A stretch of 64,000 nt of DNA from Nannocystis bainbridge (GCF_028368995.1 NZ_JAQNDL010000003.1:2048001-2112000), one strand, 5' to 3'; counted from the first letter of the stretch, positions 12,805 through 24,966 are shown. A program made the numbers and translations. Notes: generated by a model not told the origin, from the letters alone.

Positions 12805-14274
12805 TCACTTCTTCGCGGCGAGCTTGATCGAGCCGATGTCGTGGACCTCGCCCTCTTTCATCGCGCTGTGCATGGAGAAGCCGAGGGTGGTCTGCCACTT
12901 GCTGCCGACCTTGACGGCCACGCCGTACTCGCCGAGCGGCACCTCGGCGAAGCTCCACGCGCCCTCGGCGTCGGTCTTGCCGATGAACCGGACCGGCTGA
13001 TCGGCGCACGGCGTCTTCGAGTAGATGAACGCCGGGGTCGGGCACACCTCGAGCGTGGCGCCCACGACCGGCTTCTCGTCGTTGTCGACGATGCTGCCCT
13101 TGAGACCGCCCTTGCGCACCTCGCCGGCGCTGGGCAGCTCGGCGGGGCCGCTGCCGAGGACCAGGATGCTCTTGATCTCGCCGGCGATCTCCGGCGCCGC
13201 GCCGCTCGGCCACTCGTGCTTGCTGCCGTCGGCTGCGACCACCGAGAGGCCCGCGTCGGTGCCGACCCACACGCGCCCGCCGTCGTCCACGCCGACGGCC
13301 CAGATCAACCCCTTCTTGAAGTCTCTGCCGCTGCGCCGCGACTGCAGCTTGCCTTCGGCCGGCTTGGCGGCGGTGACCTTGTCGACGTCGATGAGCGCGA
13401 GGTAGCCGTCGGTGCTGACCGCGAGCTCGCTGTACGAGCTGGTGCCGCCGAGCTTGAGCTTCTTCGTCGGCTGGCCGTCGACCAGCTGGAACACGCTGTC
13501 CATGCCCATCGCGTACACGCTGCCGTCGGACGCGAGCGCAGCCCGGGTGAGGTAGTACGGGCTGCGAGCCCGGGTCGACTTGAGGTCGACTTCCTTCCAG
13601 GCGTCGGCCTCGCGCACGAACACCTTCTGGCTGGTGACGAGCCAGGGCTTGCCGGCCCGGTCGACGGCGATCGCCTGCGGGAAATCGTCGGCCGCGAGCG
13701 CCAGCACCGACACCGGCTCGCTGGTCCACGCCTTGCCGTCGAAGTGGTCGATCGCGCTGAAGGCCGCGACCCAGATCTGCCCGTCGGCCGCGACCGCGTA
13801 GTCGGTCATCGAGTTGGGCAGCCGCGCATCGCCGTCGCCCACCACGGCCTTGAAGCCCTCGCTGTCGATGCGCCCGATCTGCGAGTAGTCCGCGGCCCAC
13901 ACCTGGCCGTCCGCGCCGACCTGCAACTTGCGATACGAGCCCGTCTCGGCGCCGCTCACCGGCGTGAACTTGCCGCCGTCGAGGCGCACGATGCCCTTCT
14001 TTTCGACGGCGATGAACGCCGGCCCCGGCGCGCCCGCGGTGATCGTCAGCGGCGCTGCTGCCGGCTTGGCCGGCTCGGCCTTGGGCTCGGCCTTGTCGTC
14101 CGCCGGGGTCTCGGTCTTCGTCTCGACCGTCGTCTCGGTCTTCGTCTCGACCGTGGTCTCGACCTTTGCCGGCGGCTCGCTCTTCCTGGCCTCGTCGGGC
14201 GTCGGCCCGCCGTCACAGGCGGTCATCCACAGCGGCAGGGCACACACAAACAGTTTTGTCCTGGGGGTCGGCAC
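12805..14274 (-). CDS. Lipoprotein with beta-propeller repeats and C-terminal carboxypeptidase-regulatory-like domain
   Basis: Lipobox-like MTAC, repeated DGxxW blades, GKTDAEGAWSFAEVPLGEY, 24-bp tandem repeat in the ETKTETTV linker. Confidence 0.7.
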   Translation of the reverse strand: MPTPRTKLFVCALPLWMTACDGGPTPDEARKSEPPAKVETTVETKTETTVETKTETPADDKAEPKAEPAKPAAAPLTITAGAPGPAFIAVEKKGIVRLDGGKFTPVSGAETGSYRKLQVGADGQVWAADYSQIGRIDSEGFKAVVGDGDARLPNSMTDYAVAADGQIWVAAFSAIDHFDGKAWTSEPVSVLALAADDFPQAIAVDRAGKPWLVTSQKVFVREADAWKEVDLKSTRARSPYYLTRAALASDGSVYAMGMDSVFQLVDGQPTKKLKLGGTSSYSELAVSTDGYLALIDVDKVTAAKPAEGKLQSRRSGRDFKKGLIWAVGVDDGGRVWVGTDAGLSVVAADGSKHEWPSGAAPEIAGEIKSILVLGSGPAELPSAGEVRKGGLKGSIVDNDEKPVVGATLEVCPTPAFIYSKTPCADQPVRFIGKTDAEGAWSFAEVPLGEYGVAVKVGSKWQTTLGFSMHSAMKEGEVHDIGSIKLAAKK

Positions 14275-14280
14275 GCGGCG

Positions 14281-14308
14281 ATCTTGCCAGGCCACAATTG
14301 GCTGTCAA
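14281..14308 (-). promoter_or_regulatory. Candidate sigma70-type promoter for the lipoprotein gene
   Basis: Minus strand TTGACA-N16-CAAGAT, 6 nt before GTG 14274. Confidence 0.5.
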
Positions 14309-14313
14309 CGACC

Positions 14314-14357
14314 TGTCCCTTGAGACATCCGGTCGGTGGGACATGTCCTCGCGGACA
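14314..14357. repeat. Two exact TGTC-N6-GACA sites
   Basis: TGTCccttgaGACA at 14314 and TGTCctcgcgGACA at 14344. Confidence 0.8.
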
Positions 14358-14400
14358 TATTCTGTTCGGGGGGCGAGAGTCCCCAACGCAGCGCCTTAAC

Positions 14401-14437
14401 GAAGAAGGGCCGCGCCGGCGCTGCCGGGCGGCCCTTC
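14401..14437 (-). terminator. Probable terminator hairpin after clpX
   Basis: Inverted repeat GAAGGGCCGC...GCGGCCCTTC 21 bp past the clpX stop, with a weak T-tract. Confidence 0.55.
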
Positions 14438-14458
14438 GGGCGAGCGGAGCGTGGCGGC

Positions 14459-15717
<1,259 letters not shown>

Positions 15718-15721
<4 letters not shown>

Positions 15722-16368
15722 GGAGTCGTCCCCCCAGTCGGCGGCGTCGGCCGCTCCTTCCGCGGCCGGCTCAGCACCTCGTCGATGAGCCCGTAGCCCT
15801 TGGCCGTCTGCGGGTCCATGAACTTGTCGCGCTCGGTGTCACGCAGGATGTCGTCGACCGTCTTCCCGCTGTGCTCGGCGAGGATAGCGTTCAAGATCGC
15901 CTTGAGGCGCCGGATCTCGAGCGCCTGGATCTCGATGTCGGTCGCCTGACCCTGCACCCCGCCCGAAGGCTGGTGGATCATGATGCGCGCGTTGGGCAGC
16001 GCGAAGCGCTTGCCCGGGGCTCCACCGGCCACCAGCACCGCGCCCATCGAGGCGGCCTGGCCGATGCAGTAGGTGGCGACGTCGCAGCGCACGTGCTGCA
16101 TGGTGTCGTAGATGCCCAGGCCGGCCGTCACCACGCCGCCCGGGGAGTTGATGTACATCGTGATGTCCTTCTCCGGATCCTCGGACTCGAGGAAGAGGAG
16201 CTGGGCGATGATGACGTTGGCGACCTGGTCGTTGACCCCGGTGCCGAGAAAGATGATCCGGTCCTTGAGGAGCCGGCTGTAGATGTCCCACGAGCGCTCA
16301 CCACGGTGCGTCTGCTCGATGACGAAGGGAATGTTGGCGACCGGGCCCAAGTCTTCGTGGTGCTTCAT
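15718..16368 (-). CDS. clpP: Clp protease proteolytic subunit
   Basis: [34 protein letters not shown]. Confidence 0.98.
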
Positions 16369-16558
16369 GCGGCGGCTCCGCGCTCCTTCTAGGTGTCTGC
16401 TATCGTGACCGCCTCGCCGGGACGATGCAAGGCCCCAGAGCGCGCGGCTGCATCACCACTTTCTCACCGTCGATCGAGAAAGCGGCTGGAGCCACCCGGG
16501 GGTGGCTCCTCTCGACGTTCGGCGCGCTCGGCACCGGCGCGTGCGGCGGACTCGCTCG

Positions 16559-17917
16559 TCAGGTCGCGGCGGTCTCGCCGCTAGACTCCGACGTCGCGGG
16601 CGCCTCCGGCGACGGATCGGGCGCCTCGGTGACCTCGGCCTTGCCCATCAGGAAGTCGAGGATCTTTTCCTCGCGGAGCTGCGCGCGCAGGAGCAGCAGC
16701 TGGTTGTTCTTCTCCATCGTCGCGCGCAGGCGATCGATGTTCTGGTTGCGCTCGGCCGCCATCTCCTTCAGCTCGGCCTCGACCTCGTCCTCGGCGACGA
16801 CGATGTTCTCGGCCTTGCCGATCGCGTCGAGCAGGAGGAACGCCTTGACGTTGAACAGCGCCTGGGGCCGGTACTGCGAGCTGAGCTGCTGCTCGGTGAC
16901 GCCGAGCCGCTGGAGCGTGAGGCCCTGCTGCTGGACCTGACGCTTGAACAGGTCGACCTGGGCGGCGACCTCGCGGGCGACCAGCGACGGCGCGACCTCG
17001 AAGGTGTTGCGCTCGAGCAGGACCTCGACGAGGCGCTTGCGGGCGTCGCGCTCGGCCTCGTTCTTGTCCTCTTCGAGCAGGCGCTCGCTGAACTTGGCCT
17101 TGAGCGCGTCGAGGCTGTCGGCCTCGCCGGTGTCGCGGGCGAAGTCGTCGTCGAGCGCGGGGACGTGCTTCTCGCGGAGGTCGCGGAAGCCGATCGTCAG
17201 CACGGCCTCGTGGCCGCGCAGCTCCTGCTTGAGGCGCTCCTGGGTCGGGCTGAAGCGCACGACCTGCGTCTTGCCGACCTGGTCGAGGGTGGTGCTCGCC
17301 AGCGCGGCGGCGAGGCCGGGGATGTACTCGTTCTCGGTCTCGCCGATGTCGACGCGGAGGTCCTTGCGCGCGATCTTCTGCGGGCCGATGTGACCGTCGA
17401 GGTCGACGGTCCACACGTCACCCGGCTGGGTGGCGGTGCGCTCGCTGCCCTCGGCGAGCGGGCGCAGCTCGGTGAGCTCCTCCTGCTTGGCCTTGAGCTC
17501 GGCGTCGATCTTGGCGGCGTCGGCGACCGCGGGACGGCGACGCACGGCGATGCCGGTGTAGTCCTTCGGGGTGATCTCCGGCGGGACTTCGAAGCGCGCG
17601 GCGTACTTGAAGGTCTCGTCCTTGACGAGCGTGCCCTCCTCGAGGACCGGCTGGGTCAGCGGCACCTTGCTGTGCTGCGTGACGGCGGCCTGGAAGGTCT
17701 CGTCGACGAGCTCGCGGGCGAGCTCCTCGCGCACGCTCTTGCCGAACATGCGCTCGAGCATGTGCGGCGGCACCTTGCCCGGACGGAAGCCAGGCAAGCG
17801 AGCCTTGCCCTGCAGATCGCGCAGCTTGGTGGCGAACCGCGGCGAGATCTCCGTCCACGGGATTTGCACACGCACGCGGCACTCGACCGCACTGATCTTC
17901 TCGATTTGACTTTCCAT
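16559..17917 (-). CDS. tig: Trigger factor
   Basis: PGFRPGKVP signature and position upstream of clpP. Confidence 0.95.
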   Translation of the reverse strand: MESQIEKISAVECRVRVQIPWTEISPRFATKLRDLQGKARLPGFRPGKVPPHMLERMFGKSVREELARELVDETFQAAVTQHSKVPLTQPVLEEGTLVKDETFKYAARFEVPPEITPKDYTGIAVRRRPAVADAAKIDAELKAKQEELTELRPLAEGSERTATQPGDVWTVDLDGHIGPQKIARKDLRVDIGETENEYIPGLAAALASTTLDQVGKTQVVRFSPTQERLKQELRGHEAVLTIGFRDLREKHVPALDDDFARDTGEADSLDALKAKFSERLLEEDKNEAERDARKRLVEVLLERNTFEVAPSLVAREVAAQVDLFKRQVQQQGLTLQRLGVTEQQLSSQYRPQALFNVKAFLLLDAIGKAENIVVAEDEVEAELKEMAAERNQNIDRLRATMEKNNQLLLLRAQLREEKILDFLMGKAEVTEAPDPSPEAPATSESSGETAAT

Positions 17918-18053
17918 GACGGGCGAAAGCGGGGACGGTCCAGTACCAGAGCGCCGCCACGATCTCAAGTCGACGCACGCACGGCCGCCGCAGCGCCGGG
18001 CCGCGGCCGCCACGACGGGCGGCCGCGAGGCGTGACAAGCCGCACGGCCTGCC

Positions 18054-21000
18054 TCAGCCCTCGTGCTCGGCCAGCAGCTCGTCGCGGTCGCGGTAGCCCG
18101 GGCTCACGTCGCGCAGCGCCTCGGCGGCCGCCGCCGTGTCGCCGAGGGTCGTAAAGACCTCGGCCAGGCGGTACTGGGCCGCGTCGCGCTCGTCCTCGTC
18201 GTTGGCGCTGTCGATCGCCTCGCGCAGGGCGGCGACGGCGACCGAGGGCTCGCCGCGGAGGATCCGGAGGTCGGCGATCATGACCTTGGCCCGCGACTGC
18301 CAGGTGCTGTCGGCGGCGGCCAGCCCGAACTGGGCCAGCGCGTCGTCGATGAGGCCCATCTCGTGATAGGCCATGCCCAGATCGAAGTAGGTCTGGGCGT
18401 CGGCCTGCTCGGTGAGGGTGGCCACGGCCCGCTGCTGCGGCGATTTCTTGCGGCTGACCGGCGACGGCTCGTCGAAGATCGAGGACAGGAAATCGTCGTC
18501 GTCGTCCTCGTCGTCGAGGCGCTGGACGGTGTGACCGGGGCTGACGGCGGCGGGCGCGGCGGCGACCGGCGGCGGGGTGTCCTCGATCATCACCGGCGCG
18601 GCGGCCGACTCGAGCTTGGCGCCGGTGGCGAAGCGGTCGGCGAACTCGGCGAGCGCCGGATGGCCGGGGAAGCGCCGCTGCAGCTCGAGGTAGGTGAACT
18701 GGGCGTCGTCCTCGAACCGGCTGCTGATGAAGAAGCGCAGCTCCTCGACCTCGTCGGTGATGTCGGGGTAGTCCGCCGGCGCGGCGGGCTCCTCGGCCGA
18801 GATCTCCTCGACCGCGGCGAGCTCCTCGAGCTCGGCGCTCAGCAGGTCGGCGACCTTGCTGTCCGCGGAGACAGCCTCGGGCTGGCTGTCCGAAGGGGCA
18901 GCTTCGCTCGTCGGCGCCGCGATGTCCGCAGCGGCGGCCTCGGGCTTGGCCTCGGCCTGGCTGTCCGAAGGGGCAGCCTCGGTCGGCGCCGCGATGTCCG
19001 AAGGGGCAGCGTCGGCCTGGCTGTCCGCGGGGACAGCTTCGAGCGGCGCAGCGATGTCCGAAGGCAGGGCTTCGGCCTGGCTGTCCGCGGGGACAGCTTC
19101 GGTCGGCGCCGCGATGTCCGAGGGCACGGCTTCGGCCTGGCTGTCCGCGGGGACAGCTTCCGGCTTCGCCTCGCTCGTGTCCGCGGGGGCAGCTTCCGGC
19201 TTCGCCTCGACGATGTCCGCGGGGGCAGCCTCCGGCACCTTTGCCTGGCTGTCCGAAGAGACAGCCTCGGGCGCCTTCGCCTGGCTGTCCGAAGAGACAG
19301 CTTCCGGCTTCGCCTCGAGCGCCTTCGCCTGGCTGTCCGAAGAGACAGCCTCCGGCTTCGCCTCGGGCTGCTGGACTGGCGCGGGCCGGGTCTCGGCCGC
19401 GGGGGTCGCGGGCGTGCTGGCGGGGGTCGCCGCCGGCTTCGGTCCGCTGGGGCCGCCGAGGCGCGTCACCGGCTTGGCCGGCTTCCCGCCGAGGCGCATC
19501 GCGCGGAGCTTGGCGGCGGCGTCGGACTTGGGCGCCTGGGCCGGTCCGCGGACGATCTCGGCCTTCAGCACCTCGGGCTTGGCCGACTCGGTGCTGGCGG
19601 GCGTCGGCTCGGTCTTCGCGGCCTCGGGCGCCTGCGCCTCCGCGCTCGTCGACGCAGCCTCGGTCGCGGGCTCGGCCGGGCTGTCCGTCGGGACAGCTTC
19701 GGGCTTCGCCGCGACCTCCGTCGGGGCGGCTTCCGTCTTCTCGCCGGCGTCGGCCCTGTCCGAGCTGTCCGCGGGCACAGCTTCCGGCTGCGCCGCGCTC
19801 GAGCTGTCCGCGGGGACAGCTTCAGGCGCGCTCGCCTCGGGCTTGGCCGGGCTGTCCGTCAGGACAGCTTCGGGCTGCGTCGCCTCGGGCTTGGTCGCGG
19901 TGTCGACCACGACGGCCTCGGGCTGCGTCGCCTCGGGCTTGGTCGCGGTGTCGACCGCGACGGCCTCGGGCTGCGTCGCTTCGGGCTTGGCCGAGCTGTC
20001 CGCCGGGACAGCCTCGGGCGGCGGCGCGACCGGCTTCGCCGTCACCACGCTCTCGCTGCGCGGCGGCTCCGGGCGCTTCGTCACCACGCTCTCGCTGCGC
20101 GGCGGCTCCGGGCGCTTCGTCACCACGCTCTCGGTCCGCGGCTGCGGCGGCGGCGGGCGCTTCGACACCACGCTCTCGGTCCGCGGCGGCGGCGGACGCT
20201 TCGACACCACGCTCTCGCTGCGCGGCGGCTCCGGTCGCCGGGTCACCACGCTCTCGCTGCGCGGCGGCTGCGGCGGGGCCTTCTTGGGCGGCGTCGGCTC
20301 GGACGCGGTCTCGTCGACGAGCTCATCGAGCTCGAGCTCCTCGACCTCCTCGGCCTCGAGCTCCTCGACCTCCTCGGCGCTTTGTGCCGGCTTGTCGGAG
20401 GGCGGGCGGCGCGACGGCTTGCGGCCAGACTCGACCGGCTCGCTCGCGGGCTCGGAGGTCGTGGCCTCGACGTGCGCGCCCTCGACCGGCGCGCCCTCGG
20501 AGGTCATGGCCTCGCTCGCCGCGACCTCGGCCGTCGCGGCGACCTCGGGCTGCGCCGCTTCGGGCGGCGCGGCCTCGCTCGTGGTCGCCCCGGGCTGGGT
20601 TTCACCGGCTGTCTCGGCGGACATGTCCTCAGGGACAGTCGCCTTCTGGACCGGCGGCTTGAACGTCGGCAGCGGCGTCTTCTCGCCGAACGACCGCGGC
20701 AGCGGCGTCTTCTCGGAGAACTTGGTCGACAGCGGCGTCCGGATCGCGCTGTCGCTGTCGTCGTGCGCGACCGGGGCGGCCATGCCGAACGCCAGGTTCT
20801 GCAGGCCGCTGGACTCGCGCACCGGCTCGTCGGCGGGCGCCTTCGGCTCCTCGGGCAGCGGCGCGGGCGCGGGCGTCGGCGTCAGGTCGGCCTGGACCTT
20901 CGAATCGGTCTCGGTCGACGTGTCCGAAGAGACATCCCCGTCCAGGGCGGCGATGCGGGCCGAGTCGGCCGGCGAGCTCATACTCGTGCCGCTCTGGCCG

Positions 21001-22511
21001 GCCGTCGGCGGCGGCGCCTCGGCGTCGCCGGCCAGGCGCTCGTGCTTGGTGCCGCGGACCAGCGGCGCGGCCTCGTCGGGCTGGCTGCCGCTGGCCTCCA
21101 GGGCCGTCAGCACCATCTCGGCCTTGGTGTGGTTGGGCGCCAGCCGGAGCGCGCGACCCAGGTGGTCGCGGGCGAGCTTCAGGTCGCGTCCGGCGACCAG
21201 TTGCGCCAGGCGGACGGAGGTGTCGGCGGCCTCGGAGTTGCGGCCGAGCGACTCGAGGATCGACGCCTGCAGCTCGAGCGCCTGGGTGTTGCTGGCGTCG
21301 CGGACGAAGATCGAGTCGAGGTGCCCGAGCGCGTGCTCGAACATCTTGTATTTGATGTAGACCCGGACCTCGAGCAGCAGCTTGTCGATGTCGCCGACGT
21401 TGTCCTCAGGCTCCTCTGCCGCGCTGGGCGCCAGGTTCGCGCCCACCCCTGCGAAAGGGCGCGAAGGCACGTCCTCGACTTCCACGTCGAGCTCGAGGTC
21501 GGTGCCGGTCTGCGACGCCGCGGCCTCCTCTTCGACCACGTCGATGTCGAGGCCGACATCCTCCTCGCGGTCCTTCGGGTCGACCGGCAGCGCCGCGATC
21601 TCGGCGTCGATGTCGGCGGCGATCTTCTTGAGCTCGTCGGCGTTCTCCGGCCCGAGCGCGATCGCCTTGCGCAGCACGCGGGCGGCCAGCACCTTGGCCT
21701 TGCGCCCGCCCTTGCGCTGCTCCTTGGCCAGCTCCTGCAGCACGCTGACCGACTTGTCCTGCTTGCCCAGCGCGACGAACGTGTCGGCCAGCAGCTCGAG
21801 GCCCTCGGGGTCGGCGGGGGCCGAGCGCAGCAGCGCGTTCAGCTTAACCAGCGCGCGCCGGTTCTCGTTCTGCGACAGGTAGATCCGCGCCAGCGAGCGC
21901 AGGACCGGCAGGTCGTCTTCCTTGTGATAGATGAGCCGCTCGGCGACGCGGATGTAGTCGTCGATCCGGCGATCCGAGAACAGCTTGTCGGCGGCGAGCC
22001 GGAAGTGCTCGACCGCCTGCGGCACCATGCCCTCGCGCGAGTAAAGCTCGGCCAGGCGCAGCCGCTTGCCGACAGCGCCCGGGTCGAGCTCGGCGACCAT
22101 GCGGAAGCCCTCGAGGCCCTCGAGCACCTGGCCGCTCTGGAAGTACGCCTGAGCGACGAACTCGTAGGTGGCGATGGCGTCCTGGATCCGGCCCAGCTCC
22201 TTGTAGAGCGCGGCGACCCTGGACTGCACGTCGAGCCGACCCGAGTCGATCTGCAGCACCTGCCGGTAGACCGCGAGCGCCTTCTGGTGCTCACCGGCCT
22301 CGGTGTAGTGCTTGCCGACGAACACGAACCGCTCGCTCGCGCCCGCGGTGTCGCCCATCTGTCGCAGCGCGTCGGCGAAGAGGAGCCACGATCGGATGTC
22401 CGAAGGGTCAGCTTCGACGACCGCCGCGTACTCCTTCGCCGCACGGTCGTGCTGACCCTTCGCCGCGTACTTCGCAGCCGCTGCCAGTGCCTTGTCGCGG
22501 TTGAACGCCAC
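18054..22511 (-). CDS. Large TPR protein (SgmX-like) with long Ala/Pro/Glu-rich repetitive central insert
   Basis: N-terminal TPR helices and C-terminal TPRs (TYFDLGMAYHEMGLIDDA). It follows accC as sgmX does in Myxococcus xanthus (synteny recalled, not searched). Confidence 0.8.
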   Translation of the reverse strand: MAFNRDKALAAAAKYAAKGQHDRAAKEYAAVVEADPSDIRSWLLFADALRQMGDTAGASERFVFVGKHYTEAGEHQKALAVYRQVLQIDSGRLDVQSRVAALYKELGRIQDAIATYEFVAQAYFQSGQVLEGLEGFRMVAELDPGAVGKRLRLAELYSREGMVPQAVEHFRLAADKLFSDRRIDDYIRVAERLIYHKEDDLPVLRSLARIYLSQNENRRALVKLNALLRSAPADPEGLELLADTFVALGKQDKSVSVLQELAKEQRKGGRKAKVLAARVLRKAIALGPENADELKKIAADIDAEIAALPVDPKDREEDVGLDIDVVEEEAAASQTGTDLELDVEVEDVPSRPFAGVGANLAPSAAEEPEDNVGDIDKLLLEVRVYIKYKMFEHALGHLDSIFVRDASNTQALELQASILESLGRNSEAADTSVRLAQLVAGRDLKLARDHLGRALRLAPNHTKAEMVLTALEASGSQPDEAAPLVRGTKHERLAGDAEAPPPTAGQSGTSMSSPADSARIAALDGDVSSDTSTETDSKVQADLTPTPAPAPLPEEPKAPADEPVRESSGLQNLAFGMAAPVAHDDSDSAIRTPLSTKFSEKTPLPRSFGEKTPLPTFKPPVQKATVPEDMSAETAGETQPGATTSEAAPPEAAQPEVAATAEVAASEAMTSEGAPVEGAHVEATTSEPASEPVESGRKPSRRPPSDKPAQSAEEVEELEAEEVEELELDELVDETASEPTPPKKAPPQPPRSESVVTRRPEPPRSESVVSKRPPPPRTESVVSKRPPPPQPRTESVVTKRPEPPRSESVVTKRPEPPRSESVVTAKPVAPPPEAVPADSSAKPEATQPEAVAVDTATKPEATQPEAVVVDTATKPEATQPEAVLTDSPAKPEASAPEAVPADSSSAAQPEAVPADSSDRADAGEKTEAAPTEVAAKPEAVPTDSPAEPATEAASTSAEAQAPEAAKTEPTPASTESAKPEVLKAEIVRGPAQAPKSDAAAKLRAMRLGGKPAKPVTRLGGPSGPKPAATPASTPATPAAETRPAPVQQPEAKPEAVSSDSQAKALEAKPEAVSSDSQAKAPEAVSSDSQAKVPEAAPADIVEAKPEAAPADTSEAKPEAVPADSQAEAVPSDIAAPTEAVPADSQAEALPSDIAAPLEAVPADSQADAAPSDIAAPTEAAPSDSQAEAKPEAAAADIAAPTSEAAPSDSQPEAVSADSKVADLLSAELEELAAVEEISAEEPAAPADYPDITDEVEELRFFISSRFEDDAQFTYLELQRRFPGHPALAEFADRFATGAKLESAAAPVMIEDTPPPVAAAPAAVSPGHTVQRLDDEDDDDDFLSSIFDEPSPVSRKKSPQQRAVATLTEQADAQTYFDLGMAYHEMGLIDDALAQFGLAAADSTWQSRAKVMIADLRILRGEPSVAVAALREAIDSANDEDERDAAQYRLAEVFTTLGDTAAAAEALRDVSPGYRDRDELLAEHEG
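18857..20270. repeat. Intragenic tandem repeats (EAVPADS / EAVSSDS, ATKPEATQPEAV and RSESVVTKRPEPP units)
   Basis: Direct repeats of roughly 33-60 bp, many containing GCTGTC-N6-GACAGC. Confidence 0.9.
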
Positions 22512-22542
22512 CCGTCTCCTTCTCCTGGCTTCCTTTACTCCT

Positions 22543-23970
22543 TCAGCCTTGCACTTCGGCGTCGGCCTCGGCGCGCACGGCCTCGGGGTCGAGCGACGCC
22601 TCGAGGAAGTGGGTATCGTATTTACCACTAATGAACGCCGGTTGCTTGAGAAGCCACCGGTGCAGCGGGATATTGGTCTGGATGCCCTCGATGACGCATT
22701 CGCCGAGCGCGCGCTGCATCCGCCGGATCGCCTGCTGGCGGTCGGGGGCGTGGACGATGAGCTTGGCCAGCATCGAGTCGTAGAAGGGCGGAACCGTGAT
22801 GCCCTGGTACATGTGGCTGTCGACCCGGACCCCGTAGCCGCCCGGGAAGTGCAGCGCCGAGATCGTCCCCGGCTGGGGGATGAACTTGATCGGATCTTCG
22901 GCGTTGATCCGGCACTCGATGGCGTGCCCGCGCGGCCGGAACTCGCGCATCAGGTGCCCGAGCGGCTCGCCCGTGGCCAGCCGGATCTGCTCCTGCACGA
23001 GGTCGATGCCGGTGATCATCTCGGTCACGCAGTGCTCGACCTGGACGCGCGTATTCATCTCCATGAAGTAGAAGCGGTCGCCGTCGAGCAAGAACTCGAT
23101 CGTGCCGAGCGAGTGGTAGCCGATCGCCTTGGCGGCCGCGACCGCGGCGGCGCACATCTCCCGCCGCAGGGCGTCGCCCAGCACCGAGCAGGGCGCCTCC
23201 TCGAGCACCTTCTGGTGGCGCCGCTGGACCGAGCACTCGCGCTCCAGCAAGTGATTGGCGTTGCCGTGCTGGTCGGCGACGACCTGGACCTCGACGTGGC
23301 GCGGGCTCTGGACGTAGCGCTCGAGGTACATGTCGCCGTTGCCGAACGCCTTGAGCGCCTCGACCTGGGCGGTCTGCAGCGTCTGCGGCAGCAGCTTGAT
23401 GTCGCGGACGATCTTCATGCCGCGCCCACCGCCGCCCGCCGACGCCTTGAGGATGACCGGCAGCCCGATGCGCTCGGCCTCGGCGACCGCGTGCGCGGCG
23501 CTGGTGAGCACGCCCGAGCCCGGCAGCACCGGCACGCCCGAGCGGTCCATCGTCTGGCGCGCGGTGACCTTGTCGCCCATCACGCGCATGTGCGTCGGGT
23601 CAGGGCCGATGAAGGTCAGCTTGCACTTCTGGACGATCTCGGCGAACTCGGCCCGCTCCGACAGGAAGCCGTAGCCGGGGTGCACCGCGTCGGCGCCGGT
23701 GAGCTCGGCGGCGGCGATGATGTTCTTGATGTTGAGGTAGCTCTGCGACGACGGCCCCGGCCCGATGCAGACCGCCTCGTCGGCGAACCGCACGTGCAGC
23801 GCGTGCTCGTCGACGGTCGAGTAGACGGCGACGGTGCGGATCCCCAGCTCGCGGCAGGCCCGGATCACGCGCAGGGCGATCTCGCCCCGGTTGGCGACCA
23901 GGACCTTGCGGATCTCTCTCAGCGGCGGCGTGGACCGCGGCGCGGCGGGATGAGGCGTCTTCGTCGGCAT
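22543..23970 (-). CDS. accC: Acetyl-CoA carboxylase biotin carboxylase
   Basis: [37 protein letters not shown]. Confidence 0.96.
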   Translation of the reverse strand: MPTKTPHPAAPRSTPPLREIRKVLVANRGEIALRVIRACRELGIRTVAVYSTVDEHALHVRFADEAVCIGPGPSSQSYLNIKNIIAAAELTGADAVHPGYGFLSERAEFAEIVQKCKLTFIGPDPTHMRVMGDKVTARQTMDRSGVPVLPGSGVLTSAAHAVAEAERIGLPVILKASAGGGGRGMKIVRDIKLLPQTLQTAQVEALKAFGNGDMYLERYVQSPRHVEVQVVADQHGNANHLLERECSVQRRHQKVLEEAPCSVLGDALRREMCAAAVAAAKAIGYHSLGTIEFLLDGDRFYFMEMNTRVQVEHCVTEMITGIDLVQEQIRLATGEPLGHLMREFRPRGHAIECRINAEDPIKFIPQPGTISALHFPGGYGVRVDSHMYQGITVPPFYDSMLAKLIVHAPDRQQAIRRMQRALGECVIEGIQTNIPLHRWLLKQPAFISGKYDTHFLEASLDPEAVRAEADAEVQG

Positions 23971-24464
23971 CAGAGCTTGCGGACCCGGAACAGCTTGGCC
24001 CCGTATTCGACCGGCTTGGCGTTGTCGAGCAGGCACTCCTCGATCACGCACGGGAACTCGGCCTCGAGCTCGTTGAACAGCTTCATCGCTTCGACGATGC
24101 AGAGGGTCTGACCGCGCTGCACCGTGGTGCCGACCTCGACGAACGAGGGCGTGTCGGGGCTGGACGAGCGGTAGAAGGTGCCGACGAACGGCGAAGTGAT
24201 GAAGGTGCCGGCGGCCGCAGGCGCGGCGGCCGGGGCCGCAGCCGGGGCGAGCGCCGGCGCGGGCGCGTCGTAGACGACCGGGCGGGCGGCGACCGGCGCG
24301 GCCTCGACGGCGGTGTTGCGGCGGAGCAGCACGCGGTGCTCGCCGCTCTCGATCTCGATCTCGTCGAGGTCGTTCTGGCGCAGCACCTTGGCCAGCTCGC
24401 GGATGTACCGCAGGTCCGGCAGCGAATCAGGCCGTGGAGACGAATCCCGAGGTTCGGACGACAT
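23970..24464 (-). CDS. accB: Biotin carboxyl carrier protein
   Basis: SPFVGTFY and EAMK biotinylation motif. Confidence 0.96.
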   Translation of the reverse strand: MSSEPRDSSPRPDSLPDLRYIRELAKVLRQNDLDEIEIESGEHRVLLRRNTAVEAAPVAARPVVYDAPAPALAPAAAPAAAPAAAGTFITSPFVGTFYRSSSPDTPSFVEVGTTVQRGQTLCIVEAMKLFNELEAEFPCVIEECLLDNAKPVEYGAKLFRVRKL

Positions 24465-24503
24465 GCACTCTCCGTCAGGGTCGAAGGGTCCCGGGCGCGT
24501 CGC

Positions 24504-24959
24504 TCACGACGGGCGGGCCGCGTGCTCGGCTACGAGGTAGCGCAGAGCGAGGTGGTAGGAGGCAGTGCCGAGGCCCATGATGACGCCGACACATGCTACG
24601 CCAGACATTGATACCTGGCGCAAGCTTTCGCGGCGGTAGAGGTTGCTGAGGTGGACCTCGACCGCCGGCACGGGCACCGCTCGCAGCGCGTCTTGAATCG
24701 CCACGCTGGTGTGCGTGTAGGCGCCCGGATTGATGATGATGCCGTCGGCGGTGCCGTACGCGGCGTGGATCCAGTCGAGGATCACGCCTTCGTGGTTGCT
24801 CTGCCGGCAGGTCAGCTCGGCCCCGAGCTCGCCGGCCAGCGCCTGCAGCGAGGCGTCCAGCTGGGCCAAGGTCTGCGCGCCGTAGATACCCGGCTCGCGT
24901 TGGCCCAGCAGGTTGAGGTTGGGCCCGTGGATCACGAGCACCCGCGGCGCCGCCGACAT
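24504..24959 (-). CDS. aroQ: Type II 3-dehydroquinate dehydratase
   Basis: [36 protein letters not shown]. Confidence 0.97.
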   Translation of the reverse strand: MSAAPRVLVIHGPNLNLLGQREPGIYGAQTLAQLDASLQALAGELGAELTCRQSNHEGVILDWIHAAYGTADGIIINPGAYTHTSVAIQDALRAVPVPAVEVHLSNLYRRESLRQVSMSGVACVGVIMGLGTASYHLALRYLVAEHAARPS

Positions 24960-24966
24960 CCCCAGC

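Noticed and set aside
17918-18053. tRNA upstream of tig, a common arrangement
   Set aside because: No cloverleaf, T-loop GTTCRA or CCA end is visible.
18857-20270. Regularly spaced palindromic repeats resembling a CRISPR array
   Set aside because: They are in frame within a CDS, the intervening sequences are related to each other, and the palindrome spacer varies.
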